From positions 3,534,001-3,598,000 of the forward strand of contig CM022667.1 in the NCBI GenBank assembly GCA_012295275.1: a stretch of 64,000 bases of DNA, given 5' to 3'. The notes below the pieces were generated by a model. That model worked only from the letters and a program-made list of their open reading frames with translations, was not told where the DNA came from and ran no database searches. Below, piece after piece: positions 1 through 14,478 of the stretch (the stretch's first letter is position 1; each line of letters opens with the position of its first letter). The translations under genes and the position numbers were made by a program. The DNA comes from Chrysomallon squamiferum (taxonomy: Eukaryota > Animalia > Mollusca).

Positions 1-270
1 GATGTAATTAAACTGTAATGGTCTTAACATTTACTGCAATGCGATATTAAGCTAGAAACAATTTCTGCTGCATTGACATCTGCCGAGGGTGTAGAAAAAC
101 AGAAGCTGCAGAGAAGGTTGAAACAACATCTGCTCCACTCAAAGATAAACATCTTTAGCCGAGAGATCTTCTAATACCAAATATATATCTCCAGAACTGA
201 CCTTTCTGCTAATTCCACAGGGGACTATAATGATATTTGGGCAGACAAATTCTTCATCAAGCGGTTTCAT

Positions 271-317
<47 letters not shown>

Positions 318-688
318 CTTTTTGCCTTCTCTGATGATAAGAATGCTAAGCATTCATCGGTAATCAGCTGGGGTGTAAGTTTAATCCATCAAGTCGAGGA
401 TTCATAACTTTCGCAGTTATATTGCTCGTTCTCGCTGGAAAATCATATAGCTGTGTGCGATCATTATCTCAACACATTTCTTTAATTAACTCACTAAACT
501 CTCTCTCTCTCTGTCAGTCTACTACACCATTCTCTCTTTATCTGTCCATCTACACTGTTGTCTTTCTTTGTGGGCCTGACTGTCTGTCTGTCTGTCTATA
601 GTTATATTATGTCTGTCTGTCTGTCCATCTATAGTTAGACTTTATTGTTTCAGATATTACAATAGAATTTAAAAATATATTCCACCCC

Positions 689-1014
<326 letters not shown>

Positions 1015-1253
1015 TTACCACTGTATCTGAGTTTCTTTGTAACTGATGGTGTTACGTGTAACCAGATATTATTATTAGACAGAAAGAAAAATAAGAAGAC
1101 AGGGAGAGAAAAAAAAAAAATAATAATTTAAAATAAAAAGATTTTAAGTTTCAAACAGATTATATACAATTTAACTGCCACGGTTTAAATTCAAAGTGAA
1201 ATGCTGAAGATGCAAATTTGTGCAGTGTATTGAAAACTGGAAATTAAAAGAAA

Positions 1254-1288
<35 letters not shown>

Positions 1289-1689
1289 TTAACACTCATT
1301 TTTAAAAAAAAACAAAAAATTTAAGATTTTATATCGTGCCTCCTTCTCTCTTTTTTAAATCGAGCACCAAACGATATAAATATTCTTACAAAGTGATTTT
1401 GGAAACTGGATATTTCAATGTACAAGAAAAGAAAGCCATAAAAAAAAAAAAGAGAGAGAGAAAGAAAGAAAGGGAAAAAAATAAGAGCAACTTTTAAGTA
1501 GAGAAAGAAAAATGTTAATGAAATTACAGAACATAAAAATGTGGTAAAAAACTTAATTTGAGAGTTTGGCCTACCACAGAGCTGATATGACATACATGTT
1601 TTATGATTTATGTTCACTGTGTGTGTTGCAGGAACATTCTGTGTGCAAGCATCGCCTACTTCGCTGTGCATCCATCAGCACCTTCAGTC

Positions 1690-2250
1690 ACTTTTCTTCC
1701 ATCACCTTCTTCTCTTTTCTCTTCACTTTTCTCTTCACTTTTATCTTCACTTTTATTTCGTAGTCATCTTTTCTTCCATTATCTGCTCTTCACTTTTTGC
1801 TCCATTGTGATGTTTTCTTCTCTTTGTAATCTTTTTCTTTTTCTTCCATTAGCTTCTTTTTTCTTCTGCTCTTCGTTTCTCTCTTCCATCAGATGCTTCA
1901 CTTTTCTTCCATTTTCATTTTTCTTCTGTATTCTTCCGTCGTGACTTTTCTTGTCTTCCGTTATATTCTTCCTTTTTTTCTTCCATCTTCTGCAGTCCTT
2001 TTCTTCCTTTTGCCTGTTTTTCTGTTCCATCATCAGCTTCTGTTTTCTTCCATCTTTTTTCTTCTCTTTTCTTCAGTTATCTGCTTCTCTTTTTCTTCTT
2101 TCTCTTCCAATTTTCTTCCATCATCTGCTTTCTTTCCATCTTCTTCTCTTTTCTTCAGTTATCTTCTTCTCTTTTTCTTCTTTCTCTTCCAATTTTCTTC
2201 CATCATCAGCTTCTTTTTTCACTTTTTTCTTTTTCTTTTTTTCTTTTTTG
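1690..2250. repeat. Polypyrimidine low-complexity tract with an internal ~58-bp direct duplication
   Basis: Almost only C/T on the + strand. The block TTTTCTTCAGTTATCT..TCTCTTCCAATTTTCTTCCATCATC occurs at ~2067 and ~2150. Confidence 0.85.
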
Positions 2251-2412
2251 TCGTCTGCTTGTAGTTTGTGTCAGTGGTTAAGAAAAGCAAACAGAAGAAG
2301 AATCACAGCAGATTATCTTTACACTTGTTTCTCTGATATCTGTTGCGCATCTTGGGTCCAGATTGGGTGCAGTCAGTAGTTCTCTTTTTTTTTCTTCAGA
2401 TTACCATCCCAA

Positions 2413-2443
<31 letters not shown>

Positions 2444-2466
2444 CTGCTGCAGTAGTGCAGGGCATT

Positions 2467-2493
2467 AGTTCAGTCAGAGGTCAAGCGAGGTCA
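2467..2493 (+). promoter_or_regulatory. Composite nuclear-receptor response element (DR5 + DR4)
   Basis: AGTTCA-gtcag-AGGTCA-agcg-AGGTCA, three perfect RGKTCA half-sites in direct orientation. Confidence 0.55.
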
Positions 2494-2754
2494 CTGGCCA
2501 ATATTTCCCTCAGCAGACTGCTAGGTGTAATTAGCCATGTTAACCGTTCAAAGTGCCAATCAGGGAGACCATTGTCTGACTGACTGCAGAATAGTTCTCT
2601 CTCCCACTTGTTCAGACATTTTGTACCCGACCTTTTTGTGTGTTACTCTGTAGAAATTTAAAATTTGGCTCCCCAAAAAATACGAAACGGGATTGTTTTA
2701 TTTTATTATATATATTTTTTTTTTTTTATTTTTTTTTTTTATTATTATTATTAT

Positions 2755-2793
<39 letters not shown>

Positions 2794-4214
2794 TTGTCTT
2801 CATGTAATTTGTAAATTTTTTTTTTTTTTTTTAAATGAGATTTAAAAGAAAAAGTTCTAATATTAGAAATTGTATTTTCTGATTAAATCAACCATCCATA
2901 CATACATATATTCCTACATATATTCATCCATTCATCCATCCATCCATCTATTTATCCATCCATCCATTTTGTCAGTTCATCTTTATCTTTTGACGTTCCA
3001 TAAGTTCTGCGCCTTACGAAAAAGTTTTCCCAAAGTGTACAAATTTCGGAATAAAATATTTGATTAACTGAACTGATTTGACTAAATGTTTCTGAATGTT
3101 TAGAAATCATAGAACAGAGCTACTGATTATTTTATTGATTTTTGTCAGACGCCATTTGAATAAGTGGTCAAGATTTAGAAAAACCGCTAGCACAGAATGG
3201 CTAATTAATTACAATTATTTCGGTAAAAATAATTTGAATAAATTTTGTCATTAAGTAGGGAAGCAAGTAAAACAGGAGAAGAACTCAGACTGATTTGATT
3301 CCAGTGGAACCAGTCTGAAAGTTTCAAAAACAATTAAACTGAACAGCTAATTAAATACATTGATTTTTTTGACAGAAATAATATCTGAATAAACTTAACA
3401 ATTAGAAATTATATACAAAATAACTGATTAATTATATTGTGGGTTATTATTAATTTTTTTATTTTTTATTATTATAACCGTATAATTTTGATTATACCGT
3501 ACATTATATACAAAAGAGTTAATTAATTATATTGACTTCTGTATAATCTAGAAAATGTTTTATCTTGATAAGACAGATTGTCTAATTAATCTAAATTGAT
3601 TGATATTGGAAGAAATTACTTTAATAAAATATTTAGCGTATTTGAAGAAAAAAAATCAAGAAAAATATAATATCTGATTAAAAGGATAGATTTTTGTTTG
3701 TAATGTTACAAATGAAATTCTCAACCAAATTTGACATTAAAAAACAGAAGAAAAAACCAATGAATCTTAACAGCTAGAAAGCTCTAGGATCAAATCTATA
3801 ACAAAGAAAAACTACACAAAAACTATAAAAAAAATAAAATTACAATTTAAAAAAGAAAAAATCATTTGTTGAAATTTTAAAATATTTAAATGCAGAGAGG
3901 TGTTGGGAAATAAATATTTATTTATTTAGTAGGTGGTGAATTTTGTTAACATTTTTTTGAATTTTTTTTATATCATTTTAATTGCAGAAAATGTTTTCAA
4001 TAAATTAGAGAGATTTTGACAGAAGTGTTTTAGAAAATACTGCTGTCTTTGTGTGACGTGAGAAAGTGTTTTGAATAAAGTTTTGTTTAATTTTATTGTG
4101 TTCGGTGATTCAGGTTGGTTTTTATAGATCTTGAAATAAATGGTGAGAGTTGATAGTTTTTTTAATTTGTTAAACACTTGTTACGTACCTGTTTGTTATG
4201 ATTATTTATTTTGT

Positions 4215-4249
<35 letters not shown>

Positions 4250-5459
4250 TTTTATTTGTTTATTTGTTTATTTTTTTATTTTTTTATTTTATTTTATTTT
4301 TATTTTTTTTTATTTATTTATTGTTATTATCATTATTATTTCTCAATATTTATCTATTTATACAATCTGAAAGTGTGAATATCTAGCTATATCATTTATC
4401 ATCATCATCATCATCATCATCATTATTATTATTTGTAGTCCTCTTCATTATTACTATTGCTCTTATTATCATCATCATCATCATCAACATTATTATTATT
4501 ATTATTATCATCATCATCATCATTATTATTATTATAGTTATTGTTGTTATCATCAATATTTTTACTACTATTATTATTATTATTATTATTGCTGATATTT
4601 ACTTTTCTGTTCGATTCTACTGGCTGCTTTTCTAATCCCCTCATCAAAGAGGAAAAACAAAACAATTTCGCAAACATCTTTTCTGAGACGTAAATAAAAA
4701 TGTCGACATTTTCAGGGTCTTAAAATCTTTCTCGAAAACTTTTCTCGTGAAAAAAAAAAAATCCCGTCAAACACAACGAACGTCACTTCTCCTTTTCTCC
4801 CAAACCCAGTTGTTTCAATCAAGCCTTTGATATCCGTAAATTTCTAAATTATTTTTCGAAACCAAGTGTAAGAAATTTTTTTTTTTATCTTTTTAAGTTT
4901 TCCCCCCCACCCACTTTGTGGACAGATACTTTTTTTTTTTCTTTTTTTTCCCCCGGTTACCGCAGTGTACACTTGGCCCGCATTTCCATATGTGGCCTTG
5001 ATAAGAAGTTTTTGAACTTTAATAATATCTGGTGTCGAATCAATATAATAATGCGACTACTATTTGTTTTAAGATCATCGAGAAAAGTTAGGCATGTTAA
5101 ATGTAAATATTGAGTCCAGTTAGAATTTAATGCGTCTTATGATAATAGCTGGCAAACCAATTGTACGACAGTGTGTATTGCTTGCCAGAGTGGCCTCGTA
5201 CCTTTTGAATAATAATTTAAAACTTGTCAGCATAGGTGTGTGTATATGTATGTGCATGTATATATATATATATATGTTTTATTCAACGTATGTGAGTATA
5301 TTAAAAAAATATTTGTAACGCTTTGTTTAAATTTGGATGTAGTTGATGAAAGTTTTGCCGAGGCTCAAAGTTGTTGGAAACTGTAAGTATAAAGGTGTTT
5401 GATTTTAAAACAAAAACAAAACAGTGTTTAATGTAATGTGAATGTACAGAGCTGTATGT

Positions 5460-5494
<35 letters not shown>

Positions 5495-5619
5495 AGTGTG
5501 TTTGATTTTAATAGATGATTTAATTAATGTGTATAATTTTAATTATGTATGTTTAATATAACGAGTTAAAGGACGTTTAGAGATTATGTTATATTCTTAC
5601 ATGTTATGAATTAATAACA

Positions 5620-6345
5620 TGACACAATACACATGTACACACACATGCATTTACAAACACAAATACACACACTTACAGAAACACACACCTATATACACAC
5701 AGACACATGCACACATATACACACACTTAAATATACACACATTTACATATACACACACATAAACACACATATAGACACACCTACATAAACACTTACAGAC
5801 ACATACATACATATACACACACTTACAGATATACACTTAAAGACACACACACATATACACACACAGATACACATACATATACACACATTTACATACACAG
5901 ATACACATACATATACACACACATACATATACACACACAGATACACATACATATACACACATTTACAGACACAGATACACATACATATACACACACACAC
6001 ATATACACACACAGATACACATACATATACACACATTTACAGACACAGATACACATACATATACACATATTTACAAATATACACACATATACACACACTT
6101 ACATATACACACACATACACATTTACAGATACATACACATATAGACACACCTACATACACACTTAGAGACACACACATACATATATATATATACACACAC
6201 AAACACAGTCACATACATATGCACACTTAACACACACCCAGACACATACATACACACTTACAGACACACACATATACACACACTTATACACACATAGACA
6301 CACTTACATACACACACTCACACAGACACACACACATATACACAA
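5620..6345. repeat. Compound (CA)n/(ACAT)n microsatellite
   Basis: About 700 bp of imperfect CA/ACAT/ACAGAT repeats. Confidence 0.95.
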
Positions 6346-8669
6346 CAACATTTATTTAAAGATATTCAGTTAATACTCAAGTACATAGTTTGACTGTTTT
6401 CCCAGATCTTTGTAACAGAGGTACTTTCTTTAAAAACTGATACATAAACATGTTTAATCCTAATTTCTAAAACATTCACACTTAATTCCGAAACTTGCAC
6501 AAACTTTAATACTCTTTAAAACACACAAGATAAAACATAGGTGCACATTTTTCTCTTCTTCAACATATGCTCTAAAATTTCAGTTTTTGAAATTTTTAAA
6601 CATGCGAAGAAGACTGTAGAAATTATACACATCTTGAAATATTCTTTACAATCTGATGTAAGTATGTATATTTTATTTCCAGTGAGTAATAATAATAATA
6701 ATAATAAAAAAAAAAGTGTGTTAGGTTTTAAGAACATACCCAGACTGACAAGAAAGATATATATTTAATTCTAAAGTGTGAAGAAATGACTAATGTATTC
6801 AAATGTTCTTTTAAAATTTGACGTAAGTATGTATATTTTAATTCTTAAGTATCCAAAATGTAAAAATATGTAAAAAAAAAAATATTACATTACAACATGG
6901 TGTACTTATATAAATATTTAATTCTAAAGAATCCAAAAAATATTCAGATATGTAAAAAAAAATTATTATTTTGCAATATGATATAAGCATGAACATTTTC
7001 CTTTTTTATTTTTTATTTTTAATTTTTTTTGTTTGTTCTAATGTTAATATTTTAATACCAAAGATTGTAAAAATGTTAACATATTATAAAAGAAAGTTAT
7101 AACTGTACCATAAATATATTTTAACTATTCTAAACTTTCCTATACTTTTTAATATACAATCTGTATTTCAAAAATGAAGTAAAGTAAAACATTAAAAAAA
7201 AAAAATAATAAATAAAAAAAATAGCTGAAACATAAATGAAAAAAAACCCACTGAAATCCTTCAATAAAACACATTAAAAGATTCTAATTTTCTAAAGATC
7301 AATCATGAAAAAAAAAATAAAAATAATAATAATAATTATATAATTATATATATATATATATATATATATTAGATATTACTAAAAGAAAAACAATCATAAA
7401 CAAAGTCCATTTATTCTTTTTACCTGTACCTAGTGCACTAACTGTTTTCACTAGCCTGGTATACTGAATAACCCTCTTTTAATGAGTGGTAAAATTGCTT
7501 TGAAATAACATTAATTTTTGTCTTCGTTTACTGTTCCACAGTCACAAACTGCTTTACGCTGGAAATTTGATTAATTGCCTGGCCAGGTTAAGTAATCACG
7601 CTCAAACGATATAACTGTCTTCTAAAACAATGTTTGCCCGCACTCCTCTTTATTGCCTTTAAACTGTTCATTTTTATCATTTTCATAACAAAATACAAAT
7701 TAAAATTTCACGTTTTTATCATTATTTTAATAATAAAATATAAATGAGAGTGTTTAACAATTTTTTTTTTTTTTTTGTTTTGTTTCTTGTTTTTATTTTT
7801 TTTCACCCCAAAAAAAAGAATAAAAAATATTAATAATAAAATATCCATTGTTTAATAAAGTATGAGAATTTAACAAATTTTTTTTATTTTTTTTTTTAAA
7901 TTTGTTTTATTTTTTTAATAATCTATGTTTTATAATAAAATATAAATGAGTATTTAACAAACTTCTTGTTCCTTATATCCAAAAAATTATTATTATTATT
8001 TTTTTTAAATCTACATTAATTTTTAACATTTGGTCCTTCACAGACAGTGTAGGAAAGTAAAATAATTTTAATATTTAATCATCTTTTTCAAAAATCTAAA
8101 TTAGAAATGAAAAATAAAATTTAACGTCAAATATATATATATATAAACCACTGTGAAGTGAAATAATTGTAACCCAATACTGGTTAATTTTATGAATGAT
8201 AGGGATCTTTGTAAATGTTATTTAATTATAAATTTTTGATAACAACAATTATAAACCAATGTTTTATTTGAATTTTTGATGGAGTCACCAAAGTTTAAAA
8301 AAAAAAGTGGCCAGTGTTAAATGTTTAATGTTCGCGGAATAGCATAGTGTTGTCATTTTTTGTTTGTTTGTTTGTTCGTTATAACACTGGGAGAGATTAA
8401 TAATCAAAGCTTAATTAGATTATGATTAATTTGCTTTTATATGTGTGAAGTTTTTCAGTGCATATCATTATAATAATTAATGCGTTAAAGTGCAATTCAC
8501 TAACAAGCAGTGAAAAGTGCATTGAGTACCTTTCTGTGTTAAATGTTAAATTTAAAAATAAATTTAATTTTTTTTTTTAATATGTATCTTCTGATGAAAT
8601 ATGAAATCTTTCAGTAGAACTTTATTTTTTAATAAAAAGTCAGCAACTGAACGAAAGATTAAATTTTAA

Positions 8670-9200
8670 TGCGCAGAAACCTCATAAAACATCCACCTGT
8701 GTTAAACAGAGCCCCCCTGCCTTTCTGTCACCAGCCAATCAGCCTGTATAAACTGACCACCTGTTTATAGCAAGCAGACCTAGACAGTGGCTTCATTTAT
8801 CGTTTTTAATTCAGGTGGCTGCATTGCACAGGTTTGTGTTTGATACTGACCGCCACAGTGTCTTGTTTTATGAGGTGGCTGAAAAACAGAGGTCTGAACT
8901 GAACAAAGTACATTAATCAAGTGGCTGTAAAACAGAGGTTTACATTTTGCTTTTTCACACAAATATGTTTTTTCAGGTGTAAAATAGATTAAAGCAATAA
9001 AAAAAAAAAAAGGCTGTGAAAAGTAGAGGTTTAACTTGCACTTTAAAAAAAATATTGTGTTATTCGTGTGGTTTTAGAATACGGCTTTCAACAAAATATC
9101 ATGGGTACCGAGGTGCCTGTAAAACAGAGGTTTTGGCACATTACTGTTTGACAAAAGGTCTTGTTACGGAGGTGGCCCAATAGCGGAGGTTAGTGTTGGC
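8670..9200. mobile_element. Degenerate non-autonomous DNA transposon (MITE-like) with inverted subterminal repeats
   Basis: The left side has AACCTC..CCACCTG motifs (~8678, ~8757). The right side has about five copies of the complementary motif GAGGTGGCTGWAAAACAGAGGTT (~8872, 8920, 9012, 9110, 9169). No clear target-site duplication. Confidence 0.5.
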
Positions 9201-10399
9201 ACACACAGAGTTGAAAATCGGGTGGTAAAACACTGCGAATACATTACTGCGCTCATTTGCATTTTTATTACCAAACTTGAGTTTGTTTTCAGTTTTAAAC
9301 ATCAGAAATGAAGCTTCCTTTTGTTATCATCGAAAAACTTCAAGCGTATCCAATTTGATTGTCTTGCCATGTTTTTTTGTGTTTTTTTTCTTCTTTTTTC
9401 TTGTCTTTTCCCTTCATTTAGTGGGGTATTTTTCATCTTTTATTTTTTTTATTTTTTTTATTTTTGTTTTTGTTTAAAAAAAAAGATTATTTCAAAATTT
9501 AATCTTTTTTATTTTTTTTTTTTTTTCTCTCACTTCAAAAGTCTGTATGCATTTAATTTCAATATTTGATTGTGAACAACGTTTGTTCTGCATTTGTCTT
9601 GTATTAGAAACATTTTTTTTATTTTTGTTATTATTTTATTTTTATTATTATTTTGTTTTTAATTCTTTTCAGACCAGGTAGTTAAAACGTTTTTAATCTA
9701 TTTCCTTTTTTATTTGTGAGATTTGGGATTAAAATTTTAAAATATGTAGACAATTAGGTGATTGACAAGATTGTAATTGAAACTGAATTTTTAAATAAAT
9801 TTTAAAAACAAACTTTAAAAAAAAAAATAATAAGAAGAAGAAAGAGAATTACTAAGATAGTAATAACAGAAGGAATAAGAAGTTGTAACAATATTAAAAG
9901 TATTAAAAATATCGACAAAAGATAACTAAAACATTTATAAGAGATACACACATTTTGAATTATGTACATTTTATTTATTTTATTAAATTTCTTTTCTTAA
10001 AAAGAAAAGAACCTAAATTTAGTTATGTTATAAAAAACAACATTGCATACTGGTTTCATATTCTTGCTTTCATCATTGTCATCATCATCATCATTTTATT
10101 TTGTTGATGTATAAGTTGCTGATATTATCATTTTTATCATCATAATTACAATAGGAAACTGTATAATTTTCAGTTTTATAATTAATATCAGTGTCATTAA
10201 TATCTTTGTTATTATTATTATTGTTATAATCATCAGCATTGATATCATCATTGTCATCATTATGTTGTTGCTGCTATTATTGTTACTATTAAACATAATC
10301 ATCATCATCCTCATCATCACTGTTATTAGTAGGTATTACTGTTATTAGTATTATTAATTATCATAATCATTATTTTCACTTCTGTTGTTGTTATTTCAG

Positions 10400-10445
10400 G
10401 TTATGAATTCAGCTGCTGAAATTTTGAATTTACAACTCCAACAAG
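10400..10445 (+). CDS. Candidate 46-nt exon; only open frame reads VMNSAAEILNLQLQQ
   Basis: Acceptor ttgttatttcag| and donor CAAG|gtgagt are both consensus. Unique sequence flanked on both sides by simple repeats. No protein family recognised. Confidence 0.4.
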
Positions 10446-11402
10446 GTGAGTTTTTTTTTTTTAAATTGATTCTACACCCCAATACCCCTCCCCAGACAGA
10501 CATTCACACTTAGACACACCCAAATACACACCCAAACACAGACACACGAGTACATGCACACACACACACACACACACAAACACAACACTTACACTCAAAC
10601 ACATACATACAATAAACACACAAACACATACATATGATACACACAAACACACAAATAATAACACACATCATTTCTACATTTATACACTGTCTTTCTCTTC
10701 CATCAAAAATTGTTTAATTTTAAAAAAAATTAAAAAAAAAAAAAAAAAAATTAAAATTTAAAAAAAAACATTAAAGAAAATATTCACCCAACAAACAGAC
10801 AACAGGTGAACTGCATTTTAATATGCGAGTCATGTTTTCATAAATAAAAAAAAAATTAAAAATAAAAAGAGATTTTCATGTAATCTATATGATAATTAAT
10901 TTACCGAGAGAGAAAAAAAAGTAATAACAACACAAAATAATAATATTATTATTATTAAAAATACTTTCCCCCCCCTCCCCACCCTACTAGAGGTCCACTA
11001 TAAGACGGATTTTTTTTTTTTTTTCTCATGTTATTAAAATCGGGGGGAATATTAAATGAAATATAATGTGGGCTTCATTAAAATACGAAGGGTGAGAGTG
11101 TGAAATGTTTCGAGATATTGTTCATGCAAAATAAATTTAGCACAGGCTTAAGCAGCAAAAAAAGGGGGGGAGCAAAAGGCATATATATTAAATTAGAAAT
11201 GTCGCTGTCGTGGGGGTCACGCAATAGCAGAGAAGTTGAGAAGCAGCGAAGCAGTGGTGTTAATCTGGAGAAGGAATCTGTTGTGTGTGTAGCCAGGTAC
11301 AGGAGTGAAATGACAGGATCGTCACAAAGACCCTTGTTGTGTTGTTTGTTGTCTTAATCCATTTGTGAAAACAGTCGCTGGCAGATTTGATTAAGATTTT
11401 TA

Positions 11403-11447
<45 letters not shown>

Positions 11448-11519
11448 CAGTAGTCGATTTTAAAAACGATTTCTTTAGCTTTTGTGTAATGTTACAAGAC
11501 CCCTTTCTTGTCTTTGAAA

Positions 11520-11523
11520 TGTT

Positions 11524-11554
<31 letters not shown>

Positions 11555-11905
11555 TTTTTTTTTATTATTATTCTGTTTAATAATTTTATTATTGTTGTTG
11601 TTTGTTACTTTTACTACTACTACTATTAATACAACTACAACTACTGTTATTGTTACTGTTATTATTACTACCATTATTATTATTATTACTACTACTACTA
11701 CTAATACAACTACTATTACTGTTACTGTTATTATTACTACCATATTATTATTATTATTACTACTACTACTACTAATACAACTACTATTATTGTTACTGTT
11801 ATTATTACTATCATTATTATTATTATTGCTACTACTAGTACTATTCTTCTTCTTCTTCATCTTGCTGTTGCTGTTCTTATCATCATCATCACCATCATCG
11901 TCATT
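11520..11905. repeat. (ATTT)n/(ATT)n/(ACT)n/(ATC)n compound microsatellite
   Basis: Read directly. Explains the poly-T/I/L ORFs. Confidence 0.93.
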
Positions 11906-12102
11906 ATGATGTTACTATTATTTCTGATTAAAACTGCACTGACATGGAAAAACAGTATGTTTATTTACAAGACAAAAGCTTGTTACTGAAAAGTAATTGA
12001 AATTATCAGATTTAAAAAAACAATCACAAAAAATACTTTATTTTTATTTGTTTATTTTATTTTATTTTTTATTTTTCTCATTTTTGTATATATCCCTGAC
12101 AG

Positions 12103-12114
12103 CAACAAGAAACA
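12103..12114 (+). CDS. Candidate 12-nt frame-preserving micro-exon CAACAAGAAACA
   Basis: Long T-rich tract, then ccctgacag| 12 nt |gtaagt. Length is a multiple of 3 and no frame contains a stop. Confidence 0.33.
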
Positions 12115-12312
12115 GTAAGTTTGTAAACTTCTCTCTCTTGTTTGTTCTTTCATTTTTAGACTTCTCATTTTCACTTTTGATTTCCAATATTTAAAGGTGT
12201 CTTTTGGCAAACACAATATGTTTAATGGTTGAAGGCTCCTTTAAACAAATTTTTAAACAAATGAAGAAGAAAACTCACTGTTAGAATTTGTATTTTTTTT
12301 TTTTTTTTTTAT

Positions 12313-12740
12313 ATGTTTGATAAGGAAATCCTGAAGAAAGTTTTGTTATCAGTTTCTATTTTGTAACAAAGTTTTGATGTAAGATACGTTATCAATTTAT
12401 GTTTGGTGAGAAAATTTTTTGAGTAAGTTTAAGCATCAATTCATGTTTGGTAGGAACATTTTCATGTAAGTTTATTTTTTCAGTTTATATTTGGGTGGGA
12501 AATTGTGATGCAGGTTTTTCTGTTAATTTCTGTTTGATAAAGAAATTTTGATGGAAGTTTCAGTGTCAATTTATATTTGGTGAGGAAATTATGGTGTATT
12601 TTTCATATCTATATATATTTCGAAACAAATTTGATACAAGTTTATATTTGGTAAAAATTCAGTATTAATGTATATTTGTAAGAACATTTTGAAGTAAATT
12701 TTGCTATATTTTCTAACTGACAAGAACATTTTTTTATGTA
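12313..12740. repeat. Degenerate ~41-bp minisatellite, about 10 units
   Basis: Approximate consensus TCAATTTATRTTTGGTRAGRAAATTTTGATGTAAGTTT recurs with ~41-42 bp period. Confidence 0.75.
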
Positions 12741-13562
12741 AATTTAGATATATATATACATATTTTTATATCTGTATGTACTCATAAATTCACTAAGATA
12801 TTATACTAAACTTCTTTTTTTTTCTGCATTTAAAAATGAAAATGTCTTAGAAAAGATTCTTCAATGTTTTGGACTTGACAAGTTTCCAGAAATGTTAATG
12901 CAAGTTTTAAGAAAATTTGAATAAATGTTTTTTCATTAAATTTTGAACATAATTCAGAAAGTATCAGTTAAAGATGGTGGACAATTTTTAAATTTGAATA
13001 AACATTTTTCAGACATTTGGACATCATTTTTCAGAAAACAGTAATTAAAGACCAGAGGGAAAAAAAAATATGACTAAGAATATGAAAAACAAAATTTAAA
13101 CAAAATAAAAATAAAAACAAACAAAAAAAATTATATAACATTATAATATACTTTATTAAAATTATGTTTTAAAAAAGTTACCATTAAACAAAATATGACA
13201 AGAATTTGATTAAGTGTGAACATAATCACATTTTCGTAGAAAATTTTAAACTAAAATAACAAAAAAAAAAAATTACATCAGTTGTTATTATTATATTTCA
13301 CCAATAAAATACAAACTTTCATCAACTGTGAGATCATTTCAAACACCCTCACCCCCCCCACCATGTTTTTATTCAGCTGCTCAGTGAAAAATTATAATTA
13401 TCATTTAACACTTATAATTATCATGGAAGACTCGGGTGGTACGGTGGTACTACAAAAACACTTAACCCTCACCACACCCACCACACCCACCACACCACAC
13501 CCCAGCAAAAGTTTAAAAAACAACTAAAAATAAAAAAAAATATGACACAGCAATGTCTTCAG

Positions 13563-13596
<34 letters not shown>

Positions 13597-13855
13597 CCCT
13601 GACCAGTAAATCTTCTTTTGTTTGTTCTACCACCAGGAAGACTGAGATCTGCTTTTCTCTTTTACCCCGAAATTTACGAGCAGCAGCCAGCCAGGCCTGA
13701 CCGCATAAAATTAATGGATGTGACATTTGTTAATTAGCACCCCTCAAACCATGAATTCCTCCACTCTTTTACACCCTCGCCCGCAATTATCATTACATCT
13801 GCGCTATTGAAATATATACAGCTCCCCATTTTTGACGATTCGGCAGTAGTAAATA

Positions 13856-13887
<32 letters not shown>

Positions 13888-14209
13888 GAAACAAAGAAAG
13901 AGCTCTGAGATCAATTCTCTCTTCGTTTTGATGTTGTGTGTGTGTGTGTTTGTTTGGGATAGCAGCTACACCAGCAACTACACCATCAGCAAGTAGACTC
14001 ATTCTGTAAATGTTAAATTGATTTACCTGTTCTTGAAAAGAAATTATCTTGTTGCTTTTTTTTTTTTTTTCCTTTCTGCTGTCAGGGATGTTATACTTTT
14101 TATTGGTTTTGTGTGTTGTTGTTGTTGTTGTTGTTATTGTTTTATGTCGTGGCTGCTGCTGAGGTGTGAGTTTCATGGTGAGAAGCTAGTTTTTTTGAGT
14201 TTGGTGTAT

Positions 14210-14212
<3 letters not shown>

Positions 14213-14262
<50 letters not shown>

Positions 14263-14323
14263 TGTCAGTGTGTGTGTCTGTGTGTGTGTCTGTGTGTGTC
14301 TGTATGTGTGTGTGTCTGTGTGT

Positions 14324-14375
<52 letters not shown>

Positions 14376-14478
14376 ATGTCTGTGTCTGTGTGTGTCTGTG
14401 TGTGTGTGTCTGTGTGTGTCTCTGGGTGTGTCTGTGTGTGTGTGTGTGTGTGTGTCTGTGTGTGTGTGTCTGTGTGTG
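14213..14478. repeat. (TG)n/(TCTG) microsatellite
   Basis: Read directly. Confidence 0.97.
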
